Of a stretch of 64,000 nt of DNA, positions 28,254 through 39,609 are shown piece by piece. Position numbers and translations under genes: made by a program. The stretch's first letter is position 1. Every line of letters starts with the position of its first letter. The notes under the pieces were generated by a model. That model did no database searches. It was not told where the DNA came from and saw nothing but the letters and a program-made list of their open reading frames with translations. The DNA lies in contig JASGJY010000001.1 in NCBI GenBank assembly GCA_047601125.1, forward strand, positions 913,344 to 977,343, read 5' to 3'. This DNA comes from Agriterribacter sp. GTDB taxonomy: Bacteria > Bacteroidota > Bacteroidia > Chitinophagales > Chitinophagaceae.

Positions 28254-28816
28254 AGCACGTTATCCTTATTATCTTTTACAAGGTATTTTTGTAAAATTGC
28301 TCTTGCTCTCGCAAGATTCGATTTTGACGTTCCTACGGAAATGCCTAATGCTTTTGATATTTCCTGGTGGGTGTATCCATCAATCACATACATATTAAAT
28401 ACTGCCCTGTAAGACGGGCTAAGCTTTTTAATTAGTTCAATCAACTCCTTATACACTACTTTTTCGTCGGAACTGACTATTACTTTTTCTGTATGATTTT
28501 CGTTAAGCTCTGTAAGTGGCTGATATCGTTTCTGCGCCTGGCTTACCCGTAAATAATCTATCGCGGTATTAACAACAATTCTGCGCATCCAGGCCATCAG
28601 CAACATTTCAGGGTTTGTGGCATTTTTATAATCAAACTTTACAAACGACTTAAAAATTTTTATAAAGGCGTCATTGCTCACTTCATTTGCCGATTCGTAA
28701 GTACTCACATACCTGTAAACAGTTTTTAATACAAACCCGAGGTATTTTTCATAAAATACCTTTTGGCACTTTTCGTCATTGCCAACACAACCCTCTATAA
28801 GATTTGTTAGTTCCAA
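28241..28816 (-). CDS. ECF RNA polymerase sigma-70 factor
   Basis: NDAFIKIF, AWMRRIVVNTAIDYLR, LSPSYRAVFNMYVIDGYTHQEISKALGISVGTSKSNL. Confidence 0.95.
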   Translation of the reverse strand: MELTNLIEGCVGNDEKCQKVFYEKYLGFVLKTVYRYVSTYESANEVSNDAFIKIFKSFVKFDYKNATNPEMLLMAWMRRIVVNTAIDYLRVSQAQKRYQPLTELNENHTEKVIVSSDEKVVYKELIELIKKLSPSYRAVFNMYVIDGYTHQEISKALGISVGTSKSNLARARAILQKYLVKDNKDNVLCLT

Positions 28817-28843
28817 ATTTGCCTGAAAACTTTACGCATAATA

Positions 28844-28870
28844 TTACGGTTCAATAGCATAAATGGTTGC
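28844..28870 (-). promoter_or_regulatory. candidate ECF-type promoter upstream of the sigma gene
   Basis: GCAACC-N16-CGTAA on minus strand; second GCAACC at 28874-28879. Confidence 0.45.
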
Positions 28871-28996
28871 GCAGGTTGCGGATTTCAGATGAATTTATTC
28901 GTTGGATGCATTTTGTTTAATATCTGTATGTAAGAAGAGAGGCAAATAACCTGAGATACCACGTTTGTTATTTCACGTTTGCCGTTCAACTTAGTA

Positions 28997-30154
28997 TTAC
29001 CTGGCATCCAATAGGCTGATCACTGCTTCATCACCCAAAACGGCATTGGAGGGGCGCGGACTGGATGCATTAAATACTTCCAGGTCTTTCTGCTCCAGCA
29101 CTTTTACAGGATTTTCATCAATATTTCCAGAGGCGTTTTGAACTGCTTTTAAATTAAGCCCGAGCTTTTCAGCCATAAAAACGTACATAGCCTTGCGCTT
29201 TGAAGGCCCGTAATCATGCTTTTCATCTGCAAGATGTACCAGCGAAACATTCTCCCTGCTATTGTATAATTGATATATTTTTTGCATGAATGGATATTCT
29301 ACTTCAGGAGTATGCTTTGTCCAGTCGCCGCCATCAGATATAAGCAGCATTGGCCTTGGCGCGGTAAGCGCCGCTATTTCTACATTATTGGTTTGAAAAT
29401 CTCCTTTTTTATGAATAGGCATGCCACTTTCGCAGGTGCAGCCGCCAAAAAAATAGGAGGACACCATTACTGTTGGCACAGCAACCTTTACTCTCGGATC
29501 AAGCGCAGCTAAAATAAATGTTTGCGTACCGCCACCTGATTCTCCGGTTATACCTACCAGTGAGGAATCAACTTCCGGCAGCGATAATAAAAAATCTAAA
29601 GAACGGATACTGTTGATGGTTTGAAGCTTTACGCCCTTAGGCATTTTATGTTCGCATTGTTTTGAATCACCCTGCCCGATCATATCCCATACAAATACAA
29701 TGGCGCCCATGCGGGCAAGCGTGCCGCAGCGTTTTTGAGTTTGCTCACGAAATCTTCCTTCAGGATTATTGCCATGGCCATGCGGGCATAAAATACCTGC
29801 ATATTTTTTCTGCTTTTTCAGCGGACGATACAAATTGCCTGTTACATAAAACCCCGGCAGGCTTTCAAATGCTACATTTTCTATAGAGTAGCCGTCCATT
29901 ATTCTTTTACCATTAATAATTGGTTTTGAAGTTGGCTTAGCGGGCATTTTTTCTAACTCCATCCCTTCTCTCATATTATTGCGTATATACGCTGCTCTTT
30001 GCTGCCACTTGTTTAATGATGCAGGAACATGGTTATCCAAAAAAGCCTTGCCCTGCTCTTCTGTAAAATAAGCGCCCTGGCATAGCTCAACCTGTGCATT
30101 GCCGTAATAAAATGTAAGTACATAAAAAGAAAGGATGAAACTGGTTTTCTTCAT
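28997..30154 (-). CDS. secreted alpha/beta-hydrolase, acetylxylan-esterase-like
   Basis: ESLPGFYVTGNLY, CPHGH, GITGESGGGTQT nucleophile motif, HDY. Confidence 0.8.
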   Translation of the reverse strand: MKKTSFILSFYVLTFYYGNAQVELCQGAYFTEEQGKAFLDNHVPASLNKWQQRAAYIRNNMREGMELEKMPAKPTSKPIINGKRIMDGYSIENVAFESLPGFYVTGNLYRPLKKQKKYAGILCPHGHGNNPEGRFREQTQKRCGTLARMGAIVFVWDMIGQGDSKQCEHKMPKGVKLQTINSIRSLDFLLSLPEVDSSLVGITGESGGGTQTFILAALDPRVKVAVPTVMVSSYFFGGCTCESGMPIHKKGDFQTNNVEIAALTAPRPMLLISDGGDWTKHTPEVEYPFMQKIYQLYNSRENVSLVHLADEKHDYGPSKRKAMYVFMAEKLGLNLKAVQNASGNIDENPVKVLEQKDLEVFNASSPRPSNAVLGDEAVISLLDAR

Positions 30155-30487
30155 GCTGCTGATTATTTAATCTACAATTTAGATTATTCTTTTGGTGATG
30201 TTATACAATAAAAGGTATTTAAAAATTTGCCGGATAAAATTGGGACTGATTTACCTAAACAGTACTTTTGCATAAGTGCGCTTATTATATAATTTCTTCC
30301 TGCATATTTTTGCTATTTCCTGTGTTTAATGTGCAGTTATCCAAATCTTAATGAGTTTTACGATGCTTCCTTAATTTTTCCGTATACCTTCTTTATGCCC
30401 CTGAGTGTTAACCTGTTTATATTGTTCAAATAATTTATTAACAACAGCTGTTAATGCAGCAGCATTAATAATTGAAAACCAAACTTT

Positions 30488-31072
30488 ATGAAGTATATCT
30501 TATCGGCTTTGGCAGCTTTATTTTTTCCCTTTACTGCTATTAATGCACAAATAGCAATTAAGCCTTCGGTTGGGTTAAATTTTACTGATTTTTCAAAAGA
30601 CCCTAATACAGGAAAATACAAATCAAAAGCTGGTTACCAGCTTGGAGGGTCTGTAGCTTTCGGTAAAAAAGTATATATAGAACCAGGGATTTTCTGGGTA
30701 AAGAAAACTACCGAGTATGTTACAGAAAATACCAATTCTGATGATGTGAAGTTTGATGTAAGTGGTTTTAGAATCCCTGTTTCCGTTGGATTCAATCTTT
30801 TAGGAAATGAAAAATCACTGGTTGGGTTAAGAGCATTTGGAGGAGCATCTGCTTTTATACTTACGGATGCGAAAGCAAAAAATTGGAACAAGGATGATTT
30901 CAAAAATGCAGCCTTTGGCGTATTCGCCGGGGCAGGGTTGGATATTACTATTGTTTTTGTGGAAGCGAAATATGAATGGTCGCTTACCAATGTTCAAAAA
31001 GATATATCACAGGTGGATGTAGGTAAATCAAGATCAGTTTTTATCAATGCCGGAGTAAGAATTCCATTGTAA
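30488..31072 (+). CDS. outer-membrane beta-barrel (PorT/OMP_b-brl-like)
   Basis: Signal peptide (INAQ); amphipathic strands; VGLN..., GAGLD motifs. Confidence 0.75.
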   Translation: MKYILSALAALFFPFTAINAQIAIKPSVGLNFTDFSKDPNTGKYKSKAGYQLGGSVAFGKKVYIEPGIFWVKKTTEYVTENTNSDDVKFDVSGFRIPVSVGFNLLGNEKSLVGLRAFGGASAFILTDAKAKNWNKDDFKNAAFGVFAGAGLDITIVFVEAKYEWSLTNVQKDISQVDVGKSRSVFINAGVRIPL

Positions 31073-31255
31073 GGTTATCTCAAACGTTTTTTTAAACCTC
31101 GCAGCTTACAAAGACTGTGAGGTTTATTTTTAATGTATTCAGGATATACTATTCCTAACCCTTTCCTGAAAAAATTTGCGTAAAGTATTATTGGCATATC
31201 TCCGGTGTAAACAATCCAGGTATTATCTTTAACAAACAACTGAAAACGATACGCT

Positions 31256-32617
31256 ATGGCAGGAACATTTTCAAAAATCAAAAGCACATTTAATCTTTTA
31301 AAGAGTATAGATTTTGATCAGTTAGCAAAGCTTTCACAAAAGGTAGACCTGCAAAAAGTAATGGAAGGTTTTTCGAAGCTGGATGATAAGCAACTGAAAA
31401 TGCTGATGAAGATGCTGGATGGTGAGGACAGAAAGAAAAAGGAATTACCTGAAATAAACGGCGATTTTTATGAGCTGCACCTGCGGCTGAATGATGAAGA
31501 TAAAGCCTTGCAGCTGCGGGTACGTGAATTTATGGAAAGAGAGATTAAACCTATTGTAAATAATTACTGGCTGCATGATGATTTTCCTTTTGAAGTGATA
31601 CCAAAATTCGCTGAGCTGGGTTTGTGCGGAGTAACCTACCAGGGGTATGGTTGCCCCGGTAAATCTTTTTTAATGGAGGGAATTATTGCAATGGAAATGG
31701 GGAGGATAGATGCGTCTATCGCCACCTTTTTTGGTGTGCAGAGCGGGTTGGCAATGGGCTCTGTTTATATGTGCGGCTCTGAGGAGCAAAAGCAGGAATG
31801 GCTGCCTGCCATGCATGAACTGAAAAAGATCGGAGCATTTGGATTAACAGAGCCGGAAGTTGGCTCTGGCGCTGCCGGCGGACTAACTACCACGGTTAAA
31901 CGAACAAAAAGCGGCTGGATACTGAACGGCCAAAAAAAATGGATTGGCAATGCCACCTTTGCCGACCTGATTATTATATGGGCGAGAGATATAGATGATG
32001 GAGAAGTAAAAGGATTTATTGTAAGGAAAGATACACCCGGCATGATGGTTGAAAAGATAAAAGGCAAGATGGCATTGCGCATTGTGCAGAACGGTTTGAT
32101 AACACTTACTGATTGCGTTGTGCAGGAAAATGACAGGCTGCCCGGCGCTAATTCATTTAAGGATACGGCTAAGATATTGCAAATGACCCGTGCCGGTGTA
32201 GCCTGGATGGCGGTTGGCTGTGCCAGGGGCGCTTATGAAAACGCATTGGATTATACACGCAAACGTAAACAGTTTGGTAAACCTATCGCTTCATTCCAGC
32301 TTATACAGAATCATTTGGTGGAAATGTTGTCAAATCTTACAGCTATGCAGGCAATGGTATACCGCTTGTCTGAACTGCAGGATGATGGCTTGCTGAAAGA
32401 CGAGCATGCTTCGCTTGCGAAAGTATTTTGCTCATTGCGTACGCGTGATATTGTAAGCAGGGCAAGAGAAGTGATGGGCGGCAATGGTATACTGCTTGAT
32501 CATAATGTTGCGCGTTTTGTAGCTGATGCTGAAGCGATATATTCCTATGAAGGAACAAAAGAAATAAATTCGCTGATTGTAGGCAGGGCCATTACGGGTT
32601 TCAGCGCGTTTGTATAA
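31256..32617 (+). CDS. acyl-CoA dehydrogenase, glutaryl-CoA DH-like
   Basis: GAFGLTEPEVGS, LNGQKKWIGNA, RKQFGKPIASFQL, IYSYEGT. Confidence 0.9.
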   Translation: MAGTFSKIKSTFNLLKSIDFDQLAKLSQKVDLQKVMEGFSKLDDKQLKMLMKMLDGEDRKKKELPEINGDFYELHLRLNDEDKALQLRVREFMEREIKPIVNNYWLHDDFPFEVIPKFAELGLCGVTYQGYGCPGKSFLMEGIIAMEMGRIDASIATFFGVQSGLAMGSVYMCGSEEQKQEWLPAMHELKKIGAFGLTEPEVGSGAAGGLTTTVKRTKSGWILNGQKKWIGNATFADLIIIWARDIDDGEVKGFIVRKDTPGMMVEKIKGKMALRIVQNGLITLTDCVVQENDRLPGANSFKDTAKILQMTRAGVAWMAVGCARGAYENALDYTRKRKQFGKPIASFQLIQNHLVEMLSNLTAMQAMVYRLSELQDDGLLKDEHASLAKVFCSLRTRDIVSRAREVMGGNGILLDHNVARFVADAEAIYSYEGTKEINSLIVGRAITGFSAFV

Positions 32618-32815
32618 AACTGTCATCACTTTGAGCATCAATTATTACATCTACCCGGCAATATGATATATGTGGAACATACTGTTTGCTGCTTAGATGC
32701 GGATAAATAATACCTGAATTAATTCATGCATATAACTTAAAATATGCATCTTTCAGACCTTCTATTCTTTCACATTAGCTATAGTTAGTTTAAACAAATA
32801 TCACGGCAGGATTCA

Positions 32816-32881
32816 ATAGGTTTGTTCTATATACTTATAGAATTAATCAATTTTATTTATATCCTAAATGTCATAAGTTTG
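32816..32881 (+). promoter_or_regulatory. OxyR-like operator plus -7 element upstream of katG
   Basis: ATAG-N7-CTAT-N6-ATAG-N7-CAAT (32816-32851) then TAAGTTTG (32874-32881). Confidence 0.55.
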
Positions 32882-32961
32882 TCAGGAAATGCTCAGGCGG
32901 GTAAACAAGCCGCATGATTTTTTTAACGCTTTTGTAGCGTGTCTTTATAAATAATACTTAA

Positions 32962-35256
<2,295 letters not shown>

Positions 35257-35279
35257 CGCTTATTCATGAGGAAAGACCC

Positions 35280-35306
35280 GGGCGGCTGAAAACAGCCGCC
35301 CTTCTT
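35280..35306 (+). terminator. intrinsic terminator after katG
   Basis: Perfect 9-bp stem gggcggctg-aaaa-cagccgccc followed by ttcttt. Confidence 0.75.
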
Positions 35307-35339
35307 TATGCACTATACTTAATAATCGCAATTGCTTCG

Positions 35340-35347
35340 TATCTTTG
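35340..35347 (+). promoter_or_regulatory. -7 promoter element for osmC-like operon
   Basis: TATCTTTG 17 nt upstream of ATG 35365. Confidence 0.6.
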
Positions 35348-35364
35348 CGCTCAAATTTTAAGCA

Positions 35365-35802
35365 ATGCCATTAATGCAATTACACCGCACTCATAATGAT
35401 TATGGGTTTTTTGCTGCAGATGCAGGAGGTAATACACTTTCTATTGATATTCCGGTTGAACAGGGCGGAGACGGTAAAGGATTTCGTCCTATGCAATTAT
35501 TGCTTGCCGGTTTGGGCGGTTGCAGCGCGGTGGATGTAGTGAGTATTTTAAAAAAGCAAAAACAGGATATTAAGGGGTTTTCTATAAATGTTGACGGAGA
35601 AAGAGAGCAGGGCAAAGAACCCTCTTTGTGGACTGATGTGGAAATTACTTTTGATCTTACAGGTGAAATAGATCCTGCCAAAGCCTTGCGTGCAGTAGAA
35701 TTATCAATGAATAAATATTGCTCTGTAGCAGAAACCTTACGCAGAGCCGGCGCAAAACTGATATGGAAAGTTGTGGTTAACGGAACACCTGTTGATCTGT
35801 AA
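35365..35802 (+). CDS. OsmC/YhfA family protein
   Basis: PMQLLLAGLGGCSAVDVV...SMNKYCSV (two conserved Cys). Confidence 0.9.
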   Translation: MPLMQLHRTHNDYGFFAADAGGNTLSIDIPVEQGGDGKGFRPMQLLLAGLGGCSAVDVVSILKKQKQDIKGFSINVDGEREQGKEPSLWTDVEITFDLTGEIDPAKALRAVELSMNKYCSVAETLRRAGAKLIWKVVVNGTPVDL

Positions 35803-35843
35803 TTTGCCAGGTAATAATAACAAGAGCAGCAAACAAATTTATT

Positions 35844-37019
35844 TTGAGCATGAGTTTACATCCTAATACGCAGGCTGTGCGTATACAAAGTCCGCGTACG
35901 GATGAAATGGAGCACAGCACACCGTTATTTTTAACATCGAGTTTTTGTTTTGAGAATGCTGAAGAAATGCGGGCGGCTTTTGCTGAAGAGAATGATAATA
36001 ATATTTACAGCCGTTTCAGCAATCCTACGGTGCAGGAGTTTATTGATAAAATGTGTATGTTAGAAGGAGCGGAAGCAGGCTTTGCCACCGCTTCCGGTAT
36101 GAGCGCTATATTCGGAACCTTTATGGCTTTTTTAAGCGCTGGTGATCACCTGCTGAGCTGCAGCTCTGTATTCGGCTCCACGCATACTATTGTTACCAAA
36201 TATTTGCATCGCTGGAAAATTGAATACAGCTATGCTGATATTAAAATGCCGGAAACCTGGGAAGCTTTGATTAAGCCTAATACTAAAATGATTTATGTAG
36301 AAACACCCACTAACCCGGGGCTGGATATAGTGGATATGGAGTGGCTTGGCGCTTTGGCCAAAAAGCATAATGTAATGCTGGTGGTTGATAATTGTTTTGC
36401 CACACCTGTTTTGCAAAAACCAATTGATTATGGTGCAGACCTTGTGCTGCATTCTGCTACCAAGTGGCTTGACGGGCAGGGCAGGGTATTAGGCGGTATA
36501 GTAGTTGGTAAAAAAGAATTAATTCGCGATTTATATTTATTCTGCAGAAATACAGGCCCTTCTTTATCACCATTTAACGCGTGGGTATTAACCAAAAGCC
36601 TTGAAACGTTGGACGTACGTATACAGCGCCATTGTGATAATGCTGAAGCCTTGGTTAAGGCACTGGATGGTCATCCAAAACTGAACTGGATCAAATACCC
36701 GACACATCCATCACACCCCATGTACAATATTGCCAAAAAGCAGATGACGAGAGGTGGCGGACTGGTTACTTTTGATTTGAAAGGTGGTGTAGAAAGTGGT
36801 AAGAAATTTATGGACGCTTTGAAAATGCTTTCACTTACTTCTAATTTGGGCGACAGCCGTAGTATCGCTTCTCATCCTGCATCAACAACACATTCAAAAT
36901 TAAGTAAGGAAGAGCAGGCATCTGTTAGTATTACGCCAGGGCTTATACGAATTTCAGTTGGACTTGAATATTGCGGAGATATAATAGCAGATATTGTTCA
37001 GGCATTGGAAAAGTGTTGA
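35844..37019 (+). CDS. PLP-dependent trans-sulfuration enzyme (O-succinylhomoserine sulfhydrylase/cystathionine gamma-synthase family)
   Basis: YSRFSNPTV, ASGMSAI, ETPTNP, VDNCFATP, HSATKWLDGQG, NLGD, RISVGLE. Confidence 0.9.
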   Translation: MSMSLHPNTQAVRIQSPRTDEMEHSTPLFLTSSFCFENAEEMRAAFAEENDNNIYSRFSNPTVQEFIDKMCMLEGAEAGFATASGMSAIFGTFMAFLSAGDHLLSCSSVFGSTHTIVTKYLHRWKIEYSYADIKMPETWEALIKPNTKMIYVETPTNPGLDIVDMEWLGALAKKHNVMLVVDNCFATPVLQKPIDYGADLVLHSATKWLDGQGRVLGGIVVGKKELIRDLYLFCRNTGPSLSPFNAWVLTKSLETLDVRIQRHCDNAEALVKALDGHPKLNWIKYPTHPSHPMYNIAKKQMTRGGGLVTFDLKGGVESGKKFMDALKMLSLTSNLGDSRSIASHPASTTHSKLSKEEQASVSITPGLIRISVGLEYCGDIIADIVQALEKC

Positions 37020-37561
37020 TAAACTTCCCGTGCTTCTTTATTGCTTTGTATTAAGCAAATAAACTACATTGTATTATTGTAAACAAAAAGCTGACTTTCT
37101 CTAAGCCATGGATAGTTTTTTTATCCGGCGCCTTATAGTTTTACAAAATACAATTCCCGGACTAATTTATGTTCCTCCATATCTTATAAAGGAAAACATT
37201 GCTTTATTGCAATACCGGATTGTAGTTATCCAGATACAGGTAATTATCAATAATACCAGGGCAGACATTCCAACTACTTCGTTTTTTTCAAAATCAGGAT
37301 AAGTGAAGGATTTTTTTAGATCAATGCTTTTGGCAAAATACGGATAGCAATGTCCGTTTACCCATACCGCTGCGCTAATCAAATATATGATCAGCAATAG
37401 CTGTTGATTTATAAATTAAACTCCATTATGATATTTGTAGACATTGTAGTACTAACCTTGCAAATGCATAAATACTTATGAATTGTTTTATATTTTGATC
37501 ATATGTGTATACCTGTTAAATACCTGAGCAGGAACAATAAATTTTTATCTCCAGGTGTAAG

Positions 37562-37575
37562 GTGACAATTATCAC
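37562..37575. promoter_or_regulatory. Crp/Fnr-like box
   Basis: GTGA-caatta-TCAC. Confidence 0.45.
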
Positions 37576-37951
37576 TTAAATGTATATCTGCACAGGTTAT
37601 TTTGCCTGTTTCAGCATTAACCAACCGTAATGTCAAAGCAATTTTATGATCGTCGGTATACTGACAATGAAATTATTAAAACTTTCATTTTTTTGATGTT
37701 GGAAGTACTGGGAAAGAGCAGTTAATTTTATCGTCTGGCGGACCAAAAGGGAAAAGGATATTGATGATGTCTTATCGTTGCGAAATGATTTTTTAGTTTT
37801 GCCACATTGAATTATGAACGGAAAAATGTTTTTCAAGATGAATGGAAATTTCATTATGCTGAGATTGTTGTTGAGATCTGGCGGTTAAACATTGTAATTT
37901 TAATAAAGTAATATTTGTTTTATGCCCCAAAATAAAACCGGATATCGCACT

Positions 37952-38584
37952 ATGAATGATCAAAAAGAAATTCACGAGCTTTTTCCAAATCTTGAGGAAG
38001 GTTTGTACGAAGAACTGATGCAATATGGAGACATAAAGGAAATACCTGCAGGAACAACTTTGCTAAAGGCTGGACAAACCATTCGGTCAACTATGCTTGT
38101 ATTGGACGGTATTGTAAAGCTATACCAGGAAGATGCTGAAGGCAATGAGTTCTTTATGTATAACCTGCAGCAGGGCCAGGCATGCGCAGTATCTATGATT
38201 TGTACTTACCAGCAGGAAAAAAGCCAGGTAACAGCTAAAGCAATGACAGATGTAACACTACTTACCATTCCCCTGGAATATATGGATAAATGGTTGAGCA
38301 AATACAAGAGCTGGCATTATTTTGTAATTAAAACCTATCGCTCCCGTTATGAAGAGCTGCTGAAAACCATCAATGAAATTGCTTTTAAAAATATGGATGA
38401 ACGTCTTGAGTTCTATCTCAAAAAGCAGGTAAAGCAATTTGGCAAAACGGTAAAGCTCACACACCAGGAAATAGCAACGGACCTTAATTCATCAAGAGAA
38501 GTGATCAGCAGACTGATGAAAAAAATGGAAAGAAACGGCTGGATCATTATCAACAGGAATTCTTTTGAGTGGATAAAAGATTAA
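37952..38584 (+). CDS. Crp/Fnr family regulator (start reassigned to ATG 37952)
   Basis: cNMP-like domain; LTHQEIATDLNSSREVISRLMK HTH. Confidence 0.92.
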   Translation: MNDQKEIHELFPNLEEGLYEELMQYGDIKEIPAGTTLLKAGQTIRSTMLVLDGIVKLYQEDAEGNEFFMYNLQQGQACAVSMICTYQQEKSQVTAKAMTDVTLLTIPLEYMDKWLSKYKSWHYFVIKTYRSRYEELLKTINEIAFKNMDERLEFYLKKQVKQFGKTVKLTHQEIATDLNSSREVISRLMKKMERNGWIIINRNSFEWIKD

Positions 38585-38631
38585 TTTTCATTTATTTTTT
38601 TTAAAAAATTTATTCAATTAAATATTGGTAA

Positions 38632-38645
38632 GTAACCATAGTCAC
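38632..38645. promoter_or_regulatory. Crp/Fnr-like box upstream of tauE-like gene
   Basis: GTAA-ccatag-TCAC; degenerate -7 CATTTTTG starts at 38668. Confidence 0.55.
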
Positions 38646-38696
38646 CGATAACGCGATTTACACCTGCCATTTTTGCTGTATAAATTATAGGACAGT

Positions 38697-39506
38697 ATGG
38701 AAATAGCGGGTTATGTAGCATCGTTGCTTATAGGCATATCGTTAGGCTTAATAGGAGGGGGAGGGTCTATTCTTACTGTGCCGGTACTGGTTTATTTATT
38801 CCGGGTTCAGCCTGTTATTGCAACGGCATATTCGCTTTTTATTGTTGGTTCAACAAGTCTTGTAGGTAGTTATCCCAAATACAAGCTTGGTCAAGTTGAT
38901 CTGAAAACAGCGCTTATTTTTGGCATTCCTTCTATTGCAGCGGTATATGCTACCAGGGCTTTCATTATTCCGGCAATACCTGAAAATATATTTACGGCAG
39001 GGGGGATGATTGTAACAAAATCATTATTAATGATGATACTTTTTGCTGTGCTTATGGTATTTGCATCAGTATCTATGATAAGAGGTAAAAAAGAACCTGA
39101 AGAAAGAGGTGAACAGAAATTTAATTATCCCTTAATATTGATTGAAGGTGTGGTTATAGGCACGTTAACAGGATTGGTTGGCGCCGGTGGCGGCTTCTTA
39201 ATTATTCCGGCGTTGGTATTACTTAGTAAATTACCCATGCAGCAGGCTGTAGGTACATCGTTGCTTATTATAGCGGTAAATTCATTAATTGGCTTTACTG
39301 GCAATCCTGGTAAAGAAGCTATGAATTGGTCGCTGCTTTTAACAGTAACGGGGCTTGCCATTGTTGGTATATTTATAGGAAATAAATTAAGCGGCAAAGT
39401 ATTAGCAGGTAGCCTTAAAAAAGGATTTGGCTGGTTTGTACTGATAATGGGCATTTATATTATAGTGAAAGAATTATTTCTTCCCGGTGCAAGCGGAGGT
39501 CATTAG
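38697..39506 (+). CDS. TauE/SafE family sulfite exporter
   Basis: Duplicated GLIGGGGSILTVP / GLVGAGGGFLIIP motifs; polytopic. Confidence 0.92.
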   Translation: MEIAGYVASLLIGISLGLIGGGGSILTVPVLVYLFRVQPVIATAYSLFIVGSTSLVGSYPKYKLGQVDLKTALIFGIPSIAAVYATRAFIIPAIPENIFTAGGMIVTKSLLMMILFAVLMVFASVSMIRGKKEPEERGEQKFNYPLILIEGVVIGTLTGLVGAGGGFLIIPALVLLSKLPMQQAVGTSLLIIAVNSLIGFTGNPGKEAMNWSLLLTVTGLAIVGIFIGNKLSGKVLAGSLKKGFGWFVLIMGIYIIVKELFLPGASGGH

Positions 39507-39542
39507 CAATAAAAATTCATATTAACTTCAAAATTATTGAGT

Positions 39543-39556
39543 GTAACTAATGTCAT
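39543..39556. promoter_or_regulatory. Crp/Fnr-like box upstream of MBL-rhodanese gene
   Basis: GTAA-ctaatg-TCAT; degenerate -7 GATATTTG starts at 39579. Confidence 0.5.
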
Positions 39557-39609
39557 ACATGTTTGAATAAAACTGTCGGATATTTGTATTATCATAAAAA
39601 ATTATAGCA

